DNA of 64,000 bases from Lepidodermella squamata (Eukaryota; Animalia; Gastrotricha): the NCBI GenBank assembly GCA_047495785.1, contig JBLDXI010000025.1:1426001-1490000 (forward strand), given 5' to 3'. The position numbers and the translations under genes are program-made. Below the pieces are notes generated by a model. That model worked only from the letters and a program-made list of their open reading frames with translations, ran no database searches and had not been told where the DNA came from. Every line of letters begins with the position of its first letter. The stretch's first letter is position 1. Of this stretch, positions 13,519 to 25,458 are shown one piece after another.

Positions 13519-14398
13519 ATGCATCCAGGATATGGCAGTTACCCAATGCCAGGCCTGCAAACTCAAAATATTTACACTCCAGGCTACTCTCCTCAGGCTT
13601 TACAGCCCTCATGGAGCCACATGGGCGCTCCGCAAGTACAAAAGTGAAGTCTTTTTTGACATTTTCCTTGCGGTTTGATATGTGAGATTTTTAGCGTGAT
13701 CATCGTCAACGGGGGTTATGGCTATCATCATCGGAGAAACGGCTTCAACCTAGCAGCTATGCCACTTGCAGAGATAAGGTCGTGCACACGAGGTTGGTCG
13801 ATTTGTTCATTGTTTACCGGTCTCTGGTGCTGTGCTATTCCTGCAATCGTTTATGCTTGGAGGAAGCCAACAATAGTGGAACCAGAAAACTACATCCCTC
13901 CGCCAGGCCCACCGTTTATGTGGACCCCAGAACAAATGGCGAGAGATAACGCCACCAAGGGCCCCTACAAAATCGCTTTTTACCTGAGCTTGGCGTGCAC
14001 ACTGGGATTCTTCATGCTAGGTTTCAGCTCTGTGGGAATCGGGGTGATCTTCTCCCATCCTACCGATTACACTGGGACTACGACGACTTTGAGTCCGTGT
14101 GATGCCTTGAAAATGACATATCCGCCAAAAGCGTCTTATAAAGAGTAAGTTTTTGCAGGTTTCTGTTGTCTGTAACTTTCTATTGTTTATCAGGTGGCTG
14201 ATGGTAAATCACGCTGATCCTTACATCTCGAAAGATTTTCTCGAGCTCTACTCGGACAACGCTCGCTTTTACTGCGACTGCGTTTACAACCAATACTTCA
14301 TTCCGACGACTTACTGTGCTTCTTTTGTGAACAACATCATGTTCAATTCTGAATTGTATAATTTTGCTCGTAGGAACGATACACTGAACCTGGGTTGA
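13519..14398 (+). CDS. CD225/dispanin-like (PRRT/IFITM-type) small membrane protein. Exons 13519-13643, 13695-14144, 14194-14398
   Basis: Pro/Tyr/Gln-rich N-terminus (MHPGYGSYPMPG...QNVIIVN), hydrophobic segment WSICSLFTGLWCCAIPAIVYAW, second helix KIAFYLSLACTLGFFML; 51- and 49-nt GT-AG introns in phase. Family call is by resemblance only. Confidence 0.6.
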
Positions 14399-15543
14399 AT
14401 TTGCTATCATGGTTCTCTCAATAGAAACGACATTTAAATTAAAGGTTAAAGCTCGGTATTCCGCCTTCGCACCGTTTTCCAGTTTCCAGGTTAGGTAAAC
14501 TTTAAAAATGACAACTAAAACAAATCAATCGCATTCGCAAGCGGAAGATTTCTGATAATTGTCTGAAGAGGAAATCGTCACAATTCCAATAAAAAAGCAG
14601 CGCTGAACTACAAGCGAAAAAAGATATTCAGTGTTTTATCGACTGCCTGCTGTAAAGACGCCAGTCTGCCGATCAACCGTAAGCCTCTAGCAGAGTACAT
14701 TGGCCATAAGATCGAAGATGGTGGTGACCCGAATATCCTGAAACCTGAAACGGCTGAAGAGAACCTCAAAAGCCGCCATTCCAGCGTGCAAAGTACCGGG
14801 GGTACCCTACCTCATGGGCATGCTGCTGGCAAGAAAACCACAAAAAGAACCACAGGGGGATAATTTCGGGGCTGAAATAGCCAAGCGTCTATTGTTGACG
14901 GGCTAGAAATCAAAAGCGGTTGGGCTTACAGTGATACTCATCAAACTGTTCGCTTTTTATTTGGATGGATATTTGTGACAATGCAAGGATACAGTTTAGA
15001 CTTTTTAACCCGATATCAAGTCATAAGCCAGTCTGAAACTAGACGAAAGAAAATGAAAACGTATTAATGGGTTCGCGTTTTTGCCTGCAGATAGCCATCA
15101 AAAATAAGTCATCCTCATTGAAATGACCTCAATATCATCTCAATAAACCGTATATTTATAAAATTTTCTGGCATTCATGTTATACTTCTAAAAGATTCCG
15201 AACTTTTCCAGCGTTGCATCAAGCTGTATAGAGTAACTATTGCTTTTTATTTAATAAACTGGTCGCGTGCTGCTGAGACGATAATATTTTTATTAATGCC
15301 AAATTTCACTGATATAGTAGTGATTTAGTAGTTGTGATATCTTCTGTGAACTAAATAATTTTCCGAATCTCTTAAATCTTGGCAGATGGGGAAGCACGCG
15401 CCTTATCTCGAACAATTTTTGGGCTAAATAACCAGCTGATGCCTCAGAAGCATCATGATTACCTTAATGTAGAGATTTCAAGTTTTCTATTTTCTCAATA
15501 CAACAAATCACAAAAGCATTACAACATTAGGAATTGTTGAAAA

Positions 15544-16663
15544 ATGAACTCTATCAAGGCTTCCAACGGGCTAGGAATTTTATTGGGACTTTCAGCCGCC
15601 CTGGTCTTCTCGTTCAGCTCGCTACAAGTTAAAATTCTCAACTCGAATGAACGAATCCCGGCTGTGATGCTGTCATGCCTACGCCAAACATTTGTCATGC
15701 TTTTCGCTGCTCCACAGGTCGCCTACAACAAAGCCTCTTACATTGGCGATCGCATTGATTGGCCATTCCTGCTAATGAGGTCATTATGCGGTGGCGTTTC
15801 GATCACCTGTAGCTACATTGCGTTCTCCTACCTGCCATTGCCTGATGCTGGTGTTATCACAGCAACTACGCCTACTTTCACTGCCATTTTAAGCCGCATT
15901 TTCCTCAACGAGAAATGCCGGTTTTCCGACATACCTGTACTTCTTATAACCTTAACAGGTATGAGTTATTTTCTTGGATTTTGTTGAACGGATTTGGTTC
16001 ATTCGATTTAAGGTGTCATCTTTATTTTACGGCCACCAATGCTCTTTCAATACATCGCTCCAAACGCTGTGCACGCGGTATCTTCTGAAAACCGCCTTAA
16101 AGGTATTAACATCTTGTAATAAACTTCGAATAATCCGACATTTCATAGGATCACTCGTGGCTCTCTGTGGAGCGATTATTGCATCCGGCGTCTACATCGC
16201 ACTGAAGAAATTGCGGAGGGCGAACTATGCAACTATCAATTTCTCCTACGGCCTCGTTAGCGCTCCAGTTCTATGGGTGGTTGTACTTTCGACGGGCTTG
16301 TTTGCAGTTCCGCCTTGTGGTGGGTACCGTGTCATGGCTATTGGTGTCGGAGCTTGTGCTGCCGTCGCTCAAATCTTCTTAACTCTCGCGTCGAAATTCA
16401 CCTCGCCCGGTATAACGTCACTTCTCAGGACGACGGAGTGTGCTTTCAATTTTGTGTGGCAAGTGACGATTCTCAAGGGCGAAGTTAATCCCTACAGTTT
16501 GTTGGGCTGTGGTCTGGTTATAGTCGCAATTTCGATGCTGTCCATACGGACAATACTCACCGGTCAAAAAGTCGAAATTGTGAAGGAAGACAATGACTCG
16601 ATCAGCAAAGCTCCTCTGATTAGTAATCGCGGCTATATCTCCAAGTCTGCCCTTTCTCCTTGA
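15544..16663 (+). CDS. SLC35G/EamA transporter, copy 3. Exons 15544-15958, 16013-16102, 16149-16663
   Basis: Close paralogue of copies 1 and 2 with the same intron positions. Confidence 0.9.
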
Positions 16664-16996
16664 ATTTTTTGTTACCAGTTGTGCCTCTAATTTATTATAA
16701 TAATTTATTAAAAATTGATCTGCAATAAATCTTGTTGGAATTATTAAAATACCAGCGTTGCACTAGTTTGGATGTTTGGAGAAAATTGGCAACTGTACTG
16801 AGTTGGTTATCTTGATCACGATAAAAGATAAAACATACCAGCAGTTACTTAACGCAGCCTACAAGTCACGTTTTCAAATGCCTCACTATCTTGTCGCTAA
16901 ACAGCGAAAATAGTGGCCCAGTAGTTATTGATTATAAAAAAGCTGTACTGGCTAAGACAAACTGGCTTCTTAACTTTAACGTGCTAATAAGAAATT

Positions 16997-18357
16997 ATGG
17001 CTACAGCCAAGCCGGATTCTGAAATTGCAGATGTCGTGACAACGCACGTGCCCCTACAGAGACGAAGCTCCAGGAAGATGAGTATCCGGGGCATTTACGA
17101 AAGTACCAGCGCGATGTCAGTTCAAGCGAAAAAGACATGCATGACGTATTTGACACATCTCGTGAGAGGTCACTTTTCCCGAAGAATTATCCACGCGAAA
17201 AGAGTTGTGAAAGCTGGTGTAACAGCAAATATCACTCCAACATCGCCAAGCTCCATTTTGGTCAAGGCTAGGAACTGAAGAACAATAGCTACTCCGCCAC
17301 AGAAAGCTCCTCAGGTATAAGATTGTTCGACAGCATTTCTTCTATTACTTTCATCAAAAATCCAACCTCAGGTTGCGTATTGCAAAGCTGACTATTTCGG
17401 GAGAACAAAAATGGATTTGCTTTTTTTATCGATAAGAGCTTTCTGTGGCGGAGTAGCTATTGTTCTTCAGTTCCTAGCCTTGACCAAAATGGAGCTTGGC
17501 GATGTTGGAGTGATATTTGCTGTTACACCAGCTTTCACAACTCTTTTCGCGTGGATAATTCTTCGGGAAAAGTGCCATATTTCTGATGTTCCAGTATTAT
17601 GCATTGCATTTCTCGGTAATTTTCGGTTTCGATGCACATTTTTCCTCAGGATGATTACATTTCCTACTAGGAGTTGCCTTCATTCTTCGACCGCCATCAG
17701 TTTTCAAAGTTATTTTCCCATACGCTGATTTCACAAGCTCGAAGCAAGTTTCCGATTCAGATCGACTAATAGGTAGACTCTAGCTTCTAGCTTCTACAAC
17801 GTCGGAATTTCATTGTGAAAAATTTAGGCTCTATATTCGCCATATCCGGGGCTGTGATACAGGCTGGGTTATTTCTAGCACTTCGCAAACTTCGGCATGT
17901 GAATTACGCGACGATCTCATTTTACTATGCAACTACCACCGCTCCAATACTGATAGCAATTTCTTTGGGAATCGATCAGTTTGATATGCCGCCATGCTAC
18001 CTCGATCGTCTTATGGCCATCGGCATCGCTCTGTCAGCGCAGGGCGGCCATGTCTTCATGACTTGTAAGTTATTTTTAATTAAACCAACTCTTAATTTTG
18101 AAATGAATTTTGAAGTGGCTGCAAAATTTGTACCACCCGGCATTGTTTCGTTAACCCGGTCTGCTGAAGTTGCGTTCAACTTTGTTTTCCAAGTTATTTT
18201 CCTCGGAGTGCCAATAAACATTTTCAGTCTGATTGGGCTGATACTGGTTGGTATAGCAATGACTTTTCTCTCGGTTCGGCAGGTAATTCTCGAGAAATAC
18301 AAGGACAAGGTTGTAGACAATAAACTAGTTGAAGTATTTCTAATTTTATCAAAATAG
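16997..18357 (+). pseudogene. SLC35G/EamA copy 4, disrupted by an internal inverted duplication (premature TGA at 17276-17278). Exons 16997-17314, 17372-17615, 17671-17772, 17828-18064, 18116-18357
   Basis: Exons 2-5 are intact and homologous to copy 5. In exon 1 the TM1-TM2 coding segment is missing and replaced by the reverse complement of exon 2 sequence. Confidence 0.85.
17171..17574. repeat. Perfect 139-bp inverted repeat (arms 17171-17309 and 17436-17574; 126-nt spacer containing a 57-nt intron)
   Basis: Base-by-base comparison: cacttttcccgaag...cagaaagctc is the exact reverse complement of gagctttctg...cttcgggaaaagtg. Confidence 0.97.
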
Positions 18358-18551
18358 CGCATTTGCAGTGCAAATAATTTTTTATACTCGAGATTCAAAA
18401 TAAAGTATATCCGGTTCTATTCGGAGATGTTTTTCCGCATTTCGTTACTCTGAAAACCTCGTGTAACTCCGATTAATTAGCATTTTCGGCAGCAAGTGCG
18501 TTTCAGCTTTTCATTTTCCCCACGAAAACCTCGCAGCGAGCATAACTAACA

Positions 18552-20041
18552 ATGGAGGGACAAAAGGCTAGCAATGAGCCAAGCAACATTTTCGAAAGAA
18601 TCGGCTCGTTCAGGAAAATCGAACCTGTGGATCTCACCACGCGACCAATTCGAAGGAAAGCAAGCAGTTTCCGGGAGAAAGCTTCTCAACCCATTATAAT
18701 ATGGACTACGTCATCGCATCAAAACACAAGCTCTTCGGTCCAAATTTCAAACTTGAAAGATGCAGCGACCTCGACTAGTCTGGATGGGGAAACGCAGCCT
18801 CAATCGTCAGTCGAGGTCAAGATAGTTGAAGCTCCAGAAACCGAGAAACCTCCTCAAAAGGAAACAAGCAAAACTTGCAAGGCCGCACTCGGCCAACTTC
18901 ACGGAGTTGGCGTTTTTCTTGGGTTTTTATGCGCTCTCATGTTCTCCCTCGGAAGCCTTTTTGTTAAAATCCTCAACCGAAATTATAAAATGCACGCCTT
19001 TATGCTCTCAGCCGTCCGTCAAACTTTTTTGCTATTCGCAGCTGGCCCACAGGTTTGTGGTATCAGTTATCATCCAGACTATAAGCCTTTCTTTCCACTT
19101 GTTTTAGGTGGGCTATTTCCAAGCAGCCTACTTTGGTAGAAACAAGCATGAATGGATATTTTTGTCACTTAGAGCTGCTTGCGGTGGAACTGCCATAGTT
19201 CTGCAATTTCTCGCCATATCGAAAATGGATCTGGGCGACGTGGGAGTGATCTTCGCTGTCACTCCTGCATTCACCACACTCTTTGCCTGGATCATATTGC
19301 GTGAAAAGTGCCACATTTCAGACGTTCCGGTTATCTTCACTGCATTCATCGGTAGCTGATGGATGGAATTAACAAATTTGAGTATTATCTTCGAAATTTT
19401 TCAGGAGTAACCTTCATTTTGCGACCGCCATTCTTGTTCAAGCCCCTTTTCCCGCATATGATGACTACGAATCCTCGAGAAGTATCCGCAGAAGATCGCC
19501 TTGTCGGATCTGCATACGCGTTGTCCGGGGCTGTTATTCAAGCCGGGTTGTTTCTAGCGCTACGGAAGATGCGAAAAGTTAACTACGCCACAATTTCGTT
19601 CTACTATGCCCTCACAACTGCCCCAATTTTGATAGCGCTGTCGGCCGGAATCGGCAAACTTGAATTGCCTCCATGTTACCTGGATAGATTCATGGCGATA
19701 GGAATAGCGTTAACAGCTCAGTGTGGCCATGTATTTATGACTCGTTTGTAAAGCTTGTCCCGTTAACAAGGTTAAATTTTCTATTTTGTCCTGCAGTCGC
19801 TGCTAAGTTTATCCCGCCCGGGATAGTATCGCTTACTCGATCTGCCGAAGTCGCATTTGGGTTCGTCTTCCAGGTGGCTTTTCTAGACGTTCCAACAAAT
19901 ATGTTCAGCATGATTGGCCTTGCTCTAGTCGCCGTGGCTATGTCCTTTCTATCGCTGCGTCAAGTCGTCACCGAGAAGTACGGCGGAAATGCCAGTCCGC
20001 CGAATAAACTGATCAAAATTATCCTGTTCCTATCCAAGTGA
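18552..20041 (+). CDS. SLC35G/EamA transporter, copy 5, with long hydrophilic N-terminal extension. Exons 18552-19052, 19108-19351, 19405-19743, 19797-20041
   Basis: EamA motifs; three in-phase mini-introns. Confidence 0.9.
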
Positions 20042-20280
20042 TTTCAAAGTTTCTTCAGAACAGTAGCTTTTAAATAACTTTGCCAGCGTTAGTGCTCTGC
20101 GTCGTATTTACTGTTTTTCCTCTCCTAGGGATGTTATTCTTTACGCTAGCAGTTGAAAACGAAAACTAGTCACTGATAAGGGTCGGGCGTTATCATCCAA
20201 ATGAGGATTGTGGGGTCAAAGCGTCTGATAGTCGAGTGTTTCAATAGCCGGTAAAAATTAAGCCTACAACAATTTGAAAC

Positions 20281-21591
20281 ATGACTTCATTTCTAAAAGA
20301 GGAGAAGGCTGAGAAGGGGTTCAGGGACGATTCATTCGACGATGCAGTGTCAGTTCACAGTCGGAAACAACCTCGAAGTCGCCAAGTATCAGGCGGCGGC
20401 AGCCGTTACGCCAGCATGATATCGCTCAACCGCGTCCGAGAGATGATGTCAACAACAAGCCTGTACTCGAGGCGAGCTGGCGACGCAGTGATGGAATTTC
20501 TCAGAAGAATTCATGGCGTCGGAATCTTTCTGGGTGTTCTATGCGCTCTTTGCTACTCAATTGGAGGCCTCTTGGTGAAAATTCTCAATACCAACTATAA
20601 AATGCACCCGATAGCTCTTTCCGCAACTAGAGCAACCTTCCTCATCTTTCTTGCAGGACCCCAGGTTTTGCGTAAAATATGATTCCCCTGATCTACTATA
20701 ACATCTGTTTCCACAGGTTGCATTTCTCAAGGGGACGTATTTTGGTAAGGATAGGAATGAGAGGATTTTTCTAGTTCTTCGGGCTCTGTTTGGCGGCCTT
20801 TCAACGACATTGCAGTTCATGTCGATCTCTCATTTGCCGCTTGGTGATTCTGGCGTCATTTTTGCCACAACGCCAGCGTTTACAACAGTTCTTGCCCTGA
20901 TTTTCCTACGAGAGAAATGTCGAGTTTCTGACATTCCCGTGCTATTCCTGTCATTTTTAGGTGGGTTCGTTGTCCGTTTCCATTGTTTTCTTATACTTTG
21001 CTCTTTGGAATAGGTGTAGCTTGCATCCTGCGTCCACCTTTTCTTTTCGCTCACCTGTTTCCCGAAGCTCTCTCTACGGTTCAAGATGTTTCATCCGATG
21101 ACCGTTTGAAAGGCTGCGCCTATGCTATTTCAGGCGCTGTTCTTCAAGCCGGTGTGTACATCGCACTGCGCAAGATGAAGGGCGTTTCCTATGCGACCAT
21201 ATCTTTCATCTACGGCACGGCAACTGCTCCGATTTTGCTGACTATCTCTCTATGGGCCGACATTTACCAAACACCCCCTTGCTATTTTGATCGGTTTATG
21301 GCACTCTGCATCGCTATCTCCGCTATGGGCGGCCATGCTTTCATCGCAACGGCTGCTAAATTCATCCCGCCTGGTTTAGTTTCGCTCACTCGCTCTTCAG
21401 AAGTGGCGTTCGGTTTCGTGTGGCAACTTGCCTTTCTCGGCATGGCAATAAATATGTTCAGTTTGATTGGCTGTTGCCTTGTGCTAACAGCTATGGTACT
21501 GCTTTCTGTACGCCAGATAATAACTGAAAAGTATGAGAGTTCGCCTCCAGATAACAAGCTAATTCGCTTCTTTTTGTTAATTTCGCGCTGA
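20281..21591 (+). CDS. SLC35G/EamA transporter, copy 6. Exons 20281-20664, 20717-20960, 21014-21591
   Basis: EamA motifs; two in-phase mini-introns. Confidence 0.9.
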
Positions 21592-21770
21592 AATATGGAT
21601 GCTCATATTTTAAACATTATACGCTGCCAGATCGATTATAGTTCTCGTAAAATCCATTTAAAATTGAAATAAAATGAGAAGACTTTACGGAGGTTTATTA
21701 TTTCATACGGTGTATGGTTTATAGTTATTGGTGATTTTGAACCACTGTTTATTACGTCTCTGCGACAATT

Positions 21771-23352
21771 TTAGAAGGTTAATGTCGTTGTGATTTGACT
21801 GAAAGTTCTGTTTGTCGAGTTAAGCAATACATCGTCCATGATTGTTCTATGGCCCAGAATGAATTCGCCGGGATGAAAGAGGGCTTGAAGCGCAGCCATC
21901 ACACCAGCCGCGAGAAGGGCAGTGATCGGAACCGTGAAAACCCAAGCCATGACAATGCCGCCCAATGTCTTCCAGCTGATTTCGTTCTTACCATTACAAA
22001 GTCCTATGAAAATGATCGAGCCAACTTTGCAAGTTGTGGTCGAAATCGGCAGATCGAGCTGACTAGCGAGAAGGACAGTGATCGCAGTACCCAAATCAAT
22101 AACGAAGCCCTATCATAATAGTGAATGGTTGTAATAAACTAAGACCAGGGGTTGAGGAATTTACCTTGGGTGGAGTTATTTCAGCTAGCCCTCCTCCAAT
22201 GGTCTTGACAACATTACGGCCTAGAGCCCATAGCCCCAGCACCATTCCGACCCCGCCAAACGCGAGAATCCAGATTTCAGGTTTCGACTCCTTTTCAGGG
22301 ATAGAATCGTTGAGGTAGATTTCATACATACCCAAAGTTGGAGCAATTGCATTTGCCACATCGTTACCACCATGTGCGATAGAAGCAAAGCATGATGTGA
22401 CGATTTGGAGAGTCCAAAACATCGGATCCAATCCAGGCCATTCCTCGGCAGCTATCAGTCGCCTGAACCACGATTTCGATTTCGTAACAAGAGATGGTCT
22501 TCTAGACTCTGCGGAGATGGCCGAGGCATTGCTAGTCATAGGACTTGCGACGAATGGTACAGGGTTAGACGCCCATTGCTCCAAATCCATAGTCGAAATT
22601 TTGATCTCATTTATTGTTTTTACATGGTCTTTCTGCTGAGGTACATACCAAAAGAATGTAATTAGAAACGCGGCGATACCTCCCACAGAGGCGGCTATAA
22701 CCGACAGGTACCAAGGCCAATCAAATTCCCACTCAACAAGCTGTGGCCGGCCATACAACAGCGCGAAAAGATTCAGGGTTATAGTAATCGCATAGAAAAC
22801 GGGTAAAGAGTGAGCTGAACGGCGAAGCTGGGCTTTGCTATCAGGCGTTATGAAAATGGACGCCTTCATTGCCATGAAAATCGCCGCACTAATTGTACCT
22901 GACATGAGGGGTGAAATCAACCATGACAAGGCGATTTTTACGATAGGTTCCCACTCAATTTTATCGAACCCAACAACCACAGTGCTTATACCAATCATAG
23001 CTCCAACGGCAGCTTGTGTGCCGGAAACTGGCATTTTGAGCATTGTTACCGATATTAGCCATATTGTTGAGGCGATCAAGGCCGATAGATATCCAAGCAT
23101 TAGAAGGTCATGCTCACCTTCGAAAGCGGATATGTCGATTACCCCCTTGCTAATAGACTCAGCAACGCCTCCGCCAAGAAGAATTGCACCGGCTAATTCG
23201 CATATCGAGGCTAGAATGAACGCATGGGTGACCGTAATAGCTCCAGAGCCGATTGTGGTACCAAATGTGTTGGCGACATCATTCGCTCCAATGCTAAAAG
23301 CAAGCAGAAACCCGAAAAAGAACCCGACAATGAGTATTGCTAATAAGTCCAT
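21771..23352 (-). CDS. SLC20/PiT (PHO4 family) phosphate transporter, divergent short-loop type (B1). Exons 22165-23352, 21771-22109
   Basis: GANDVAN and HGGNDVAN signature motifs; 55-nt GT-AG intron joins ITPPK to GFVIDLG. Confidence 0.92.
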
Positions 23353-23646
23353 TTTTCTCTTTTAGACAGGAAGCCAGACAGTCGAGAACTGCGGTGCCGT
23401 AATCTTCTCTCGCTGGCATAGAACTTGGCCGCCATGGCCTTTTGTGCTACAAAATATTATTAGCGCGATAAGCGAGATAAGCAATTTACCCGATTTAACT
23501 CATTTATAAATCATGCATCATATTATGTGTTCTTTATTTGTACTCAACATTCAGGGTTAAACGGAACCAAAAGCCAAGATTTCTGAGAACAGTACTTTAT
23601 TACAAAACATTTTTTCCATGAAATAATCGGGCCTATGAGCAAATAT

Positions 23647-25458
23647 TCATAGATATTGGGTAGTTAGTTCCAAAGGCAATTCTGCCGTTGTTGCATTTAG
23701 CTGTTGAATCAAGTCTAGTTCTACTGGATAGTTGCTGTATAACAATTGAAGAAGTGCCATCGCTCCTGCGGAAACCAGACCAGCTGCTGGCACCGTCACC
23801 AGCCAGGCTACGACTATATTTCTAAAAACAGCCCAATCTATCGTGTGCTTCCCACCCTTCGTAATTCCGACCAAAACAACCGACCCAATCTTACAGTGAG
23901 TGGTTGAGACAGGAACATAAGCATGGCTAGCAATCAGAACAGTGAGTGCAGCACCTAATTCGATGCTAAAACCACTTGGGGGTGTGACCTCTGTAATATC
24001 AGAGCCAACAGTTTCGATAACCCTACGGCCGAGAACCCATAGGCCAAGGGATATTCCAGCTCCCCCTAGTGCCATAATCCATACCTCAGGTTCTTCGGTC
24101 GAAGTAACTGATCGTCTGCTAAACAAGCTGTAAAGACCAACGACTGGGCCCACCGCGTTAGAAACATCATTGCCCCCGTGGGCAAAGGCGCTAAAGCATG
24201 CTGTGACAACTTGGAGAAACGCAAATAGGCGAAAAATCCCGGGATATTCCTGATTACGGCGTTGCCGTTCCCAATCAGGGTCTGGGGCAACCTCTCGAAT
24301 TCGGTGAATTACCGGCTCCTTGCCATCAGGTGGCACAAATGGTTTGATTAACACTAGGGAGTGAACTGAACGATTAGCAGCAAAGTCGTCAAGGTCATCT
24401 CTTGGTATGGTTAGTGTCATCTCAGTATCTTCTGTTTCTGAAGTGATTGGTTCGCCATTTTCAGCAGGGCTATCCTCAATATTTTTCGTATTGCTCCGCG
24501 TTATTCGAACAGAATAAGTGTCGTTTTGCTCGTTGACGCTTTCCAACTCAACCCTCGTCGTAGAATCTCTTTGCGACGCTTCCTGGATCAGCTTTAAAAT
24601 TTGATCGTTTTGCTGAGCTGCTGATGTAACAGAATCAATTGATTTTGACCGAGTTGGGATCCTTGGATACGGAGGTATTGAGCTCAGCTCAGAGGACGCG
24701 ATTTCGCTGTCGAGAGACGGTCTCCTCCGTATTATCTGCTGACGCAAGTGGGGAACGACAGCAAATTTAGCTATAAGAGCTGCTATTGCACCAACTCCAA
24801 GACTCGCGACTACAGCTCCCCAAGTTGGGATGTAATTAAGGTATAAAATACTTGGACCTTCGTAAAGGACAGAAAATGCATTGACAGCGAGAGTTGCAGC
24901 GTAGAAAACAGGTAACAGAAGCAAGCCCCGTTCAAACTGTATGCGATGATTAGGTATACGAAGTACCAAGTACTCGAGGGTGAAGTAAATTCCAGAGGAG
25001 ATCACTCCGGACATCATCGGCGAAATTACCCATGATGCTACTATTTTCACCAAAGCTATCCAGTTAACACCTTTTGTCCCCTTTGCTACCAAAGTGAAAC
25101 CTATCATTGCGCCTACGGTTGTATGAGTTGCTGAGACTGGAAGCTTAAGCATTGTGGCTGACATGAGCCATAAACAAGCTCCCACAAGGGAAGCCAAGTA
25201 TCCAAACTCGAGTAAGACCACCTCATCTTCATAAAGTTTAAGATCGATTATTCCTTGCGAAATGGTTGTCGAAACCTTGCCGCCCAACAAAACCGCGCCG
25301 CAAATCTCGAAAATAGATGCCAAGATGCAGGCCTTACGCAGTGTTAACGCTTTCGACCCGACAGAAGTTCCAAAGGAGTTGGCCACGTCATTTGCGCCGA
25401 TGGAAAATGCTAGGACAAAGCCTATTATGAACCCAACTATTACTACCCAGAGAGCCAT
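23647..25458 (-). CDS. SLC20/PiT sodium-dependent phosphate transporter (A2), intronless CDS; probable start MALWVVIVG at 25458
   Basis: [31 protein letters not shown] and [11 protein letters not shown] motifs. Start chosen by alignment to paralogues; the ORF track extends to 25656. Confidence 0.93.
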   Translation of the reverse strand: MALWVVIVGFIIGFVLAFSIGANDVANSFGTSVGSKALTLRKACILASIFEICGAVLLGGKVSTTISQGIIDLKLYEDEVVLLEFGYLASLVGACLWLMSATMLKLPVSATHTTVGAMIGFTLVAKGTKGVNWIALVKIVASWVISPMMSGVISSGIYFTLEYLVLRIPNHRIQFERGLLLLPVFYAATLAVNAFSVLYEGPSILYLNYIPTWGAVVASLGVGAIAALIAKFAVVPHLRQQIIRRRPSLDSEIASSELSSIPPYPRIPTRSKSIDSVTSAAQQNDQILKLIQEASQRDSTTRVELESVNEQNDTYSVRITRSNTKNIEDSPAENGEPITSETEDTEMTLTIPRDDLDDFAANRSVHSLVLIKPFVPPDGKEPVIHRIREVAPDPDWERQRRNQEYPGIFRLFAFLQVVTACFSAFAHGGNDVSNAVGPVVGLYSLFSRRSVTSTEEPEVWIMALGGAGISLGLWVLGRRVIETVGSDITEVTPPSGFSIELGAALTVLIASHAYVPVSTTHCKIGSVVLVGITKGGKHTIDWAVFRNIVVAWLVTVPAAGLVSAGAMALLQLLYSNYPVELDLIQQLNATTAELPLELTTQYL

